Source: Cladosporium halotolerans (Eukaryota). Taken from it: a stretch of 54,758 nucleotides of DNA. Positions 11,792 to 20,778 of this stretch are shown piece after piece; position 1 is the stretch's first letter, and each line of letters starts with the position of its first letter. The stretch covers positions 1 through 54,758 of the forward strand of contig NW_027191513.1 of assembly GCF_011745625.1 (NCBI RefSeq), given 5' to 3'. A program made the position numbers and the translations under genes. The notes beneath the pieces are model-generated. The model was not told the origin of the DNA, searched no databases, and saw only the letters and a program-made list of their open reading frames with translations.

Positions 11792-14380
11792 TTACTGCGG
11801 TGACTTGGTGTTGCCGGCGGGACCCTGACCGTTGCGGCGCTCGTCAATACCGAGGTTGCCCATGCCGGTGCTCAGGAAGGAGAACGGGTCGCCAGCGCCA
11901 GCAGCGGCGTCAGATGCACCGTAAGCGGCGCCACCAGCGTAGCTGCCGTTGGAGTAGCCTGGAGCACCGCCAGCAGCGGAAGAGTTGCCCTGGTTGAAGG
12001 CCTGCTCAGCGCGGGAGTCGAATGCGCTAGCCTGAGACTGCATAGCGCCGTTGCTGGCCATCTGGGAGTAGCCGCCGGGCATGTAAGGGCTCGGCTGGGC
12101 GCCGATTCCGGAAGGCAAAGCGTATGTCGAGGGCGGGCCGTAGGACTGACCGCCAAAGTTACCAGGGGGGCCGCTCATGGTGCTGCCGCCGTACTGGCCG
12201 CTTTCCTGGTTCATGCCGCCGTAGGACTGACCACCCATGGAGGAGCCCATCGCCATGTTGGGAGGAGGTCCGCCGTAGCTGTTGCCAGGGAAGTTCGTCA
12301 TGCCGCCCTCGGCGATGATCGCGGCCTGGCTACGGGAGGCACCGCAACGAAGACAGCTGGTGTTCTTGGCAAAGTTGTGGTACTTGCAGCCCTCGTTGCC
12401 ACACTGCCAGTCACCAGCACGGAACGGAACAGATCCACCGCGACCGCCGCCGGAGCCACCACCCATGTGGCCACCCATGCCACCGTAGCCACCGTGGCCG
12501 TGACCGTGACCGTGACCGTGTCCACCGTGACCACCCATCATACCGGGGTGACCATAGCCTGGCTGACCGCCGTACGGGTTCGGAGGCATGCCGTAGCCTT
12601 GGCTGTAGGGGTCAGGCTGAGCACCCATCGCCGGGAATGAGCAGCGGAAGCATGCAGTGCGACGCTGGAAGTTAGAGAAGCCGCAGCTGGGGCAGGTCCA
12701 GTCACCGGGACGCGGGCGGTTCTTAGACGGCGGGAACGGAGTGAGGAGAGGCGGGCCACCAGGAGGCTGAGAGCCAGCAGCGCGGTCCAGCACGCGAGAG
12801 GAGGACGGAGACACCTCAATGGCGCGGTCATTAAGAGCGCGCCCGTTCATGCTGAGGGACTCAGCAGCCTGAAAATTAGCAGAGTTAGTAAGATTCGCCT
12901 GAGTAGGATCCATTGCGTGGCACCAGTTCTTTGTGGGAGACCAATGTATGGAACCAATGCACGTAATGCGGAACAATGCTGCGATGTGTTGCAATGTGTA
13001 ATGATGCGCAGGGATGTGCTTGAGGTGGAAAATATTGAGGGGTGCAATGCAGCAGCGCTGAGAGGATGTGCGGTGTTGAAGCTGGGGCAGAGGCGCGAGC
13101 GAAGTGAAGCTTGTTTCAAGTGACTCGCGCGACGTCGCACAGACGGATGCTGTCACATGACAAGGGTGTGATCTGCACGGACGAAGAACGCGCGGACACG
13201 TGGAATGTGCGATTGCAAGGGAAGGGGAACACGGGGAGATGTGTGAGATTGATGAGACTGACCTCTTCGTGACTGCCGAAGACGACAAAGCCGCTGCCGC
13301 TGGGCTTGCCGCCCTCAGGTGTGCGCAGAGTCCAGAACGCGATCGGGCGACCGCCGTACTGGGTGAACCAGCTCTCGAGCTCGCTCTGGGTGGTGTCGTG
13401 GGGGAGACCGCTGAGGTGGAGGACCTTGGAGCGCTCACCAAGGAAAGCGCGAACGTCGCTGCGGGCGTCGAGCGGGCGAGAAAGGACGTCGGCGTCGCCG
13501 GCAGGGTTCGTTTGCGATGGGCGAGACTTCTGGCTGAGCGAACGAAGGCAGCGGGTCAGGGTGAGCGCCTCCTCAAGAGCGCGGCGAGGCGAAGACGGCG
13601 CGAGAGCCTGAAGGTGGAAGGGAAGGCCACCGGTGACCTTGCCAGAGGAGCGGACCTCCTCAACCTCGAGACCGGCGCAAATGGAGGACAGGCTGGAGGA
13701 GCTGAAGGCGAGAGTCTCAGGGTGGTGGGACTGGAAAGTCTGGTATTCGCCACGAAGACCGAACAGGACGGGATGTTGCATGTAGGCGGGGAGGACGACG
13801 CTCTTGTCGCGGGCCTCACGCGGCATCTGCACACGAAGGTCCCAGGGAGTCAGGGTGACAAAGGCGAACTTGGGAGCAGCACCAGGGCCGGCGTTCTTGT
13901 CCATGAGGTGCTCGCTGGCGTAAGCATCGAAGGCGGCAATGGCATCACGGAAGCTGCCAGCCTGTTTGACGTGCTCCCAAGTCAGGGTGGTGAGGGAGGT
14001 GCACAGCGGGGTGATGGGAGTGTTTGTAGGGCGGACCAGCACGGACTGGTGGTGTAGCTGCGGCGGGTGTCAGCAGGCATCCGCCGTTTCAAGTCAGGAC
14101 CCCGTCGGTATGGGCAAGACAATAGACGTATCTTCCCGACGGGGCATTTCTATATCCATACCTCGGGCAGAGAAGGGTCCTTCGCGTCCACGACGACCCA
14201 GCCAATCTCAATCACCTCGGCGCTGTCCTTGGTGACATAGACGCCGTGCTCATCGCAGGTGGTAGCGATGTGAATGATACAGTACTTATCGAACTGGCCC
14301 TGAGCCTGGCTCGGGGTGGCGCGCGGCTCAGAAGCCGGCGTCGGGTAGGCGTAAGGCTGGTTCTGGGTGGGAGTGGCCAT
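11792..14380 (-). CDS. NRP1: NRP1/ARP1-like RNA-binding protein (degenerate DEDDh exonuclease-like N-domain, RRM, two RanBP2-type zinc fingers, Gly/Tyr/Ser/Gln-rich low-complexity tail)
   Basis: Exons 14380-14162, 14057-13263, 12868-11792. RRM with VLHLSGLP and GSGFVVF; zinc fingers RPGDWTCPSCGFSNFQRRTACFRC and RAGDWQCGNEGCKYHNFAKNTSCLRC. Confidence 0.9.
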
Positions 14381-15126
14381 GGCTGATCTTCCTATCGTGA
14401 CAGAACAGAGATGTCTGTCTTCCAAGCTATTTTTCCGGATCCGATATCACGATGCTACAGCTGCGTGTTGCCTGCTTCTTCCTGCTCTTACAAGACCAAC
14501 GCCGTACGCCAAATCCTGTCACGGGAAGGGATAGAGTACAAGGCTGGAGGGAGAGAAAAGCGTCGATGAGAGCGAGAGGGAGATGCAAGCTCGCAAGCCG
14601 CCGGTGTGCTGGCCAACAGAGGAGCCGGATGGGGGGAGCTATGGAAGCGGAGGCGAGGTCAGCGGCGGACTCGGCGGCAAACAATTGAGGGATTGACTGC
14701 GGCGAGAGACGGGATGGGACGAGACTCACTAGTGGTACAGAGACACCGCAGACGCTGCTGCTGGGGGAGGTGTCGGGAGCGGAGGAGGGAGGAGGAGGCG
14801 GTGGTGGTGGTGATGTTGCCTGGTGGTGGAGGACGGAGGGCGGGAGGGAGGGATGGGGCGGTTCGGTGATGGCTGCAATGGTGGAGCGGCGAGAAATGAA
14901 GCAGCTGTTTCAGCTTCGGGCGCGGGCGCGGGCGAGGGCAGCGCACAGCGGGTTCAGCGGCGGTTCAGCAGCGCAGACGGGCGGCGCGCGCGGGAATCCC
15001 AGTCGTTACGCTAAACAGCTTTAGCGCTGCCGGCCGGGGAGGTGGGATGGGCGGCGATGGTGCGTGCAGGAAGGTATTCATCATGTATGCAGCTGTTTAT
15101 ATCTAGAAGTGTGGTAAGACGCAGTG

Positions 15127-15152
15127 TGATTGATTGATTGATTGATTGATTG
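15127..15152. repeat. (TGAT)n microsatellite, ~6.5 copies
   Basis: tgattgattgattgattgattgattg read directly. Confidence 0.95.
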
Positions 15153-16035
15153 GTCGCTCCATACCACAGGAACACCGTCCGCATTAAGCATATCATCGAC
15201 TAAGGTACCCCCCCACAGTACTGACTGATGATTGACTTTCACTTGGGCCCTCGTGCCGGGCGGCGCCGTTGATGACAGCCGGCCGCCTCGGCAAAGCGAC
15301 AACGTGAGACGAGAGACATTGGCCGCCGCGCGCGTCGTCATCCTGCAGCCATGAAGAATCGGCCGATCCGGGTGAAGCTGTGTGCTATGTGCTATGGGCT
15401 ATGTGGGTGGATGTGAGTACATATGCCTGCCTGTTTGGGTGCGCATTCACCGCGGCATCCGTCGACAGCCATCGCAGACCTCGCTATCTGCCACGAACTA
15501 CCTGCAGCTTGTGCAACGACCGTTGGCAAGCGCACGCATTGCCCTCACATGGGACACCGCGCCGCCCTCTCCCTCTAAGCCCCAAGACTCGGGTGGACGG
15601 AGCGGCGGACGGACAGCGACAGCAGCGGCAACAATAATGGAAGAGCAATCTATCCCACACGCGATGCAGAGCCCCCTCGCCTGCGCCGCAATCTCCACAT
15701 CAGCAACACGCGCCGAAAGCGTGTTCACCCCGTGCATGCAGCCACTCACGCTCCCATACCACGCGCGTGCCTGCGAACACTCGCGCGCACATGCATTGCT
15801 GTACTGTCGTACCGTGACCGTCAACCAGCATCACCACCACTCATTTCCTGTCCCAACCCACGCAGCTCCCCGCTTCTCATCCTCCCAGCCAAGTCGACTC
15901 TTCTCCTGCTGTGCTCCGCTTCTCGTGCTACTCCTGATCTATTCGTGGCCGGTATCAGCCCCGGACCGCCATGTGATCGACCCGGCCCCGATGCGCGAGA
16001 ATTGCCCCGTGCTGGTGGGAATTGCCTGCTTGTTG

Positions 16036-16060
16036 CTTCTTCTTCTTCTTCTCCTTCTTC
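16036..16060. repeat. Imperfect (CTT)n microsatellite
   Basis: cttcttcttcttcttctccttcttc read directly. Confidence 0.85.
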
Positions 16061-16924
16061 AGCCTGTTTGGAACAATTCCTGAGCTAGCCCCTGATTACA
16101 CGTGATCGGTTCGGATGTCGCGTACCGCGGCTTGTTGTCTGTGCTGTTCGGCTGCTCGTTCCGTGCCCGCGCTCTTGGTGCTGAAGTCGTTGTGAGTGCC
16201 TGAGGCGCTCTTGCTTTCCCTTCGAACAACACATTCAGCCACTTCGATCATTGCATTTGGATGATGCATTGAACACTTAGGGTACTCATTGGCTGGTTTG
16301 TCAGTCGAAGGGCCAATATTCAAGCATTGTTTCCTTCACCCTTCGCGGGCAACGACGCACGGGAGCTAAGTATCGCGATTTGACATACCGTCTCTTTCGG
16401 ATGAACCACTGAACGAATGGCTGCATCTGTTGCGAGGTATTGATGCTCCTATCGAGGAAATATTTTTCATCATCCAGAAAACACAATTCATTCAAGATTT
16501 GCGAGACTGCACCAAACTCAATCGCTACTCATCGATCTTCAGCATTGCTGCCCGAGGTCCAACCCCTTGGCAAAACGCGGGCTCTGCCATCATCTACACC
16601 TCCTCCCTCTCCCAAGCCTGCTATCTCGCCGAATAGCTCGGCAGACCCCGCCAACATTTCTTGACGCCTTCCTGACTTGGCTTCGTTCTTGAATTAAACC
16701 TACTGTAAGGGAAATCGGACAATACTGTCCGATAGACTTCGGCATTTTCTTGACGATTGCGCAGCTGGCTTAGACAAGATCGCCGGTTGTTATTACATTG
16801 CAACCTCAATTGTGGGCGAATGCTCTAGTGATCTGGCTCCGACTTCGGATCGGGCTGAGCTATGCCTCTTGGCTTGACCGAAGATGTTGCTCGACATGTA
16901 TATCCGGACAGCATATCGTGTGGG

Positions 16925-16931
16925 TATAAAA
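16925..16931 (+). promoter_or_regulatory. Candidate TATA box of the M14 peptidase gene
   Basis: TATAAAA ~150 bp upstream of ATG 17074. Confidence 0.5.
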
Positions 16932-17073
16932 GGCTGATGGCATGGCCCATGGACAGAGCATTTGTAGCAATCGAGTGTTTCACCATCTTGAGATAGACGT
17001 GACTCTGAGGAGTACTGAGTTTAGTATCTGGTCGAACCCTCCGCAGTAATCATCACTTTTTAAAGTGGTTCAC

Positions 17074-18918
17074 ATGAAGTCTCTCAACACGGTAGTAGCC
17101 GGCCTGGCTGGCATCGCTGCTGTTGCTCAAGCACAGAGTGGTGGTTTGCGGCCGCCGCCTACGTATGGTATGAATATGCCATCTTCACTAGTAAACGACA
17201 GCGCTGACAATCGTCCAAGGCTGGAACTACTCGCCCATCGACAAGGACAACGACGCCGTCTCCCAAGCGTACGAGGACGTGAATGTCGAGCTTCGATCGC
17301 CTGCCTTCTTGAGGCCAGAGACCATTCCCACCGAGACCTTCGCCAACGGCACTTCGGGTCCAACCAATGAGACAGTGCTGGGTGAGTTTGGGCGGTCAAG
17401 TGGTTTTACTGCTCTTGCTGATACTTGCCAGATGACTTCCTCCGCGACATCGCAAGTCGCCACGATTGGTTCAACTACCAGATTGCCGACTTCAAGTCTG
17501 AGCAAGGACGTCCTCTTTTCCAGATCTTCCTGAGCAACCCAAGCGCGAAGCCTGAGAACTCGACGAAGCTTCGCGTTTGGCTTCAGGCTGCTATTCATGG
17601 CAATGAGCCGGCCGCTGACCAGGGCGCCATGGCTCTGTTGGGTAAAATGGATGGTAATGCTACGTGGACTGCAAGTTTGCTTGAGAAGATGGATATTTTC
17701 ATCATGCCCAGGATCAACCCCGATGGTGTCCACTACTTTCAGCGGTAAGTGAACATCCAATCGCTACCTTGCAGTGGAGCTATACTTCGTCGGCGTTCCA
17801 CGAAATAATCCAACAAGGATATTACTGACCCGCATCTTAGGGAGTACGCCTCCAACATAGACCCCAACCGAGAGCACACAAAACTCATCACCCAGCAAGC
17901 CCGCGACATCAAACAGCAGTATACCGCCTACGACGCCCACATCTCCATCGACATGCACGAATTCGCCGGGCACAACCTCTTCAGCGGCCGCTACCGCCAC
18001 GGCCTCGACGCCATGATCGGTGGTGGCAAGAACCTCAACATCCACCCGCTCATCCGCAACCTCAGCGAAAACACTTTCGTCGCCAACATGGGCAGGCTCC
18101 TCGAATCCCGCGGCATGCGTTGGGGCCCCTACGTGCTCGGCGACACGAGCGACTTCGAGGGCACGCCCATCCTCTTCGAAGAGCTTTCGACCATGCCCGC
18201 TTCCAGCACCAACAACTACGGCATGACACAGACCATCAGCATCCTAACCGAAGTCCGCGGCCAGTGGCTCGCAGACCAGCACTTCCAGCGCCGCACCGCC
18301 GCCTCCCTGACCATGGTCGAGGCCATCCTGTCCACTGCCCGCGACAATTCGGAGCTCGTCCTCGACACTCTCGCCGCCGCCGCCGAAGCGTACATTGACA
18401 GCGACGACCCCATCGTCCTCTCCGACTCCCAGCCCGGCTCCAACCGCACATTCACAATGGTCGACGTCCGCAACGGCAGCGTCGTCGAAGTCCCCGTCGA
18501 GTTTCGCACTTCCACTCCCGCCGTCGCGAACCTTACCCGCTCCCGCCCGGAAGCCTACCTCATCCCGCGCAACTGGGCCGCCGTCGCGGACCGCTTGCGC
18601 ATCCTCGGCGTCGAAGTGGAGGAGCTGAAGTACGAGTTCCGCGGCGACGTGGAGGCTTATAATATCACGTCTTCCACGCTCGACGACGAGATCACGGAAG
18701 GGATCGTGAGGAACACCGTCACGACGGAACCCGACGTGAAGCGGGATTTGTGGTTGCCGGCGGGGAGCTGGAGGGTTAGTTCGAGGCAGAGGAAGGCTGC
18801 GTTGGCGTTTATTACGCTGGAGCCGGAGGGGTGGGCGTCGTTCACGTCGTTTGGCGTGTTGCCTGTTGGGGCGGGGTATGAGTATCCGATTTTTAGGGAG
18901 GCGAGAAGGACGGAGTGA
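17074..18918 (+). CDS. Secreted M14-family zinc carboxypeptidase
   Basis: Exons 17074-17167, 17220-17381, 17432-17744, 17841-18918. Signal peptide MKSLNTVVAGLAGIAAVAQA; zinc and substrate motifs IHGNE, INPDG, DPNREH, IDMHE; candidate catalytic Glu in ILTEVRG. Confidence 0.9.
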
Positions 18919-19439
18919 GATGTAGGGGAGGATGAGGAGAAGGGAGAGTGAAGCTTGCGAGGTTTATGAGATTGACGGGTTACGACGCTTACATGGCGAA
19001 TGCCGCTTAGCGACACGAATAGTGAAAATGCCTCTCGTCCCAGTAAGTGCTAGTAGCCTGGCTCTGCGGGTCTCAAGGAGATTGGAGAATGCCATGCACG
19101 CTGACCGTGTGTCCTAGATGGAGTTTCACTCGCGTATGCGCTGCCAAGTAGCTGTACTGTTGACCATGCTTGGCTTGCTGCGGCGTGTCTGCCATTCCGG
19201 ACCCTAGACTCGGCCCTTCGGCTGGGAGACTGTTCCTCTTTGTGCAGTCGTGGTACTCGATAGGCGTGTAGGCCTAGTCTCCCACCAAGGTGAGATTCTA
19301 GCGAGTTTGAGCGCGGCGGTGTGAGCCATGTCGTGGCGAGACGGAGTCCAATGGGGTGGTGCATTAAAGCGGTTTACCATGATCTTGCAGCGTTCTGTCC
19401 TCAGATGTGATACGGCTATGATCTTGCCGCCTAGGACAT

Positions 19440-20384
19440 TCAGTCATCGTCGTCACTGTCGCTTCCGTACCCGACAAGCGGTCCGGCTGGCTTTGCAGGT
19501 GCTGCGGTGCCATTGCTGGCCGTGCTGGCGCCTTCGTTCATCTTGCTGTGATTGCCGTTGGGATTACCACTCTTTATTCCGAGCGCCGCCGAGAAGTCTT
19601 TCTTTTTCTTTGCTTGTCTCTGGAATGTTGAGAGCGGCGGCGGAGGCATTGCAGCCTTGTCTTGCTCCTCCGTCCTGTTCACCTTCTCCGGCGCATCATC
19701 TTCTCCCTCGATCAATAGATCGTCTCCCAGCCTTCTGACCCTCTCTCCAGTTCCTCCAAGGAATGCCAACCTCGCTTGCTCCTCGATCTCCCTTTCCACC
19801 CTCTCCCTTTCTTCATCTTGTGCATCATCCTTGCCCAACACCGGCCCTGCCCCTCCTTCCTTGTCTTTCCTTTCTCGAGCAGCATTGCGCATCCGCACAT
19901 CATCCAGTGCATCTGCGATCGCCATCTCGGTTTTTGCATCAATCGTCTTCTTCTCCAGATCCTTCATCGCATCCTTTTCCGCCTCTTCTCTCTCCATCCT
20001 ATCCAGCATCTCCTCCTCCGTCTCCTCAGCCAGTTTTGCTTCTCGCCAGGGCTCGAAATTCCTCTTCGCACCCTTCTCGCACTCATAGTCCATGTTTTTT
20101 GGGTCCGTCTTGAACGTGATTTCTGCCGAGCATCTCGTGCATCGGATATAGAATCGGAAGATCGTGATCGCATAATACTTCTCCTCGGTGGTTTCTTTGC
20201 GCGCGTTGAACTTGCGTCCTCTGTAGATGTATTCGCCGCACGAGGTACAGCGCATGCTGAAGGGTGCCATGAGGCGGACGGTCTGCTGCTTGGGTCCGGT
20301 TTGCTTGGGTCCGCGCCGCCGCTCGAGTTTGGCCGGGTCGAAGTCCGGCGGATAGTACTTCGACAAGACCTTACGTTCCGACAT
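19440..20384 (-). CDS. YJU2: Splicing factor Yju2/Cwf16/CCDC94
   Basis: Single exon. MSERKVLSKYYPPDFDP, VRLMAPFSMRCTSCGEYIYRGRKFNARKE, RCTRCSAEITFKTDPKNMDYECEKGAKRNFEPW. Confidence 0.96.
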   Translation of the reverse strand: MSERKVLSKYYPPDFDPAKLERRRGPKQTGPKQQTVRLMAPFSMRCTSCGEYIYRGRKFNARKETTEEKYYAITIFRFYIRCTRCSAEITFKTDPKNMDYECEKGAKRNFEPWREAKLAEETEEEMLDRMEREEAEKDAMKDLEKKTIDAKTEMAIADALDDVRMRNAARERKDKEGGAGPVLGKDDAQDEERERVEREIEEQARLAFLGGTGERVRRLGDDLLIEGEDDAPEKVNRTEEQDKAAMPPPPLSTFQRQAKKKKDFSAALGIKSGNPNGNHSKMNEGASTASNGTAAPAKPAGPLVGYGSDSDDDD

Positions 20385-20600
20385 GGTGACGGTGTTTTCT
20401 GACTATGCAGTGCTGGAAAAGGTGAGTGTGCGCGATGCGCTGGTGTTGGTCAGAAGGTAAGGTATGAAGAAGGTCCAAAGTTGAAGGCACCGTAGATCAT
20501 CAGTGACGCCAAGCTCTGTCCCGCTCCCCGCTGACATGTGATTGCGACCCGTAAACACAGCAGCAGCAGCGCCGCATCGCAACACACTTTCCCTCTGCAG

Positions 20601-20653
20601 GTAAGTACAATCTCGCGGGTGCTATTGTTGCCGCATCCGCTAATGTCAATTAG
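20601..20653 (+). other. Probable 5'-UTR intron of CDC16
   Basis: CAG|GTAAGT donor at 20601, GCTAAT branch site at 20640-20645, TAG acceptor ending 20653, all upstream of ATG 20779. Confidence 0.65.
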
Positions 20654-20778
20654 ATCTTTTCCATCAGACGCTCCTTTTACAACACCCCAATATTCACCGC
20701 CACTGAGAAGCGTGGAAGGAATAATTCTTGGATATCACCTGGCGCGACAAACAGAACTGTAGCCGCGAACTCCTGGAC

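Noticed and set aside
12495..12530. GGTCAC-type tandem repeat inside NRP1
   Set aside because: It is a coding Gly-His repeat in the low-complexity linker, not a separate element.
15079..15231. TGATGA motifs suggesting C/D-box snoRNAs
   Set aside because: No suitably placed CTGA D box with a terminal stem could be identified.
15382..16083. 233-aa + strand ORF in the long intergenic gap
   Set aside because: No recognisable domain, atypical composition, a poly-Leu produced by a CTT microsatellite, and similar ORFs overlapping in other frames.
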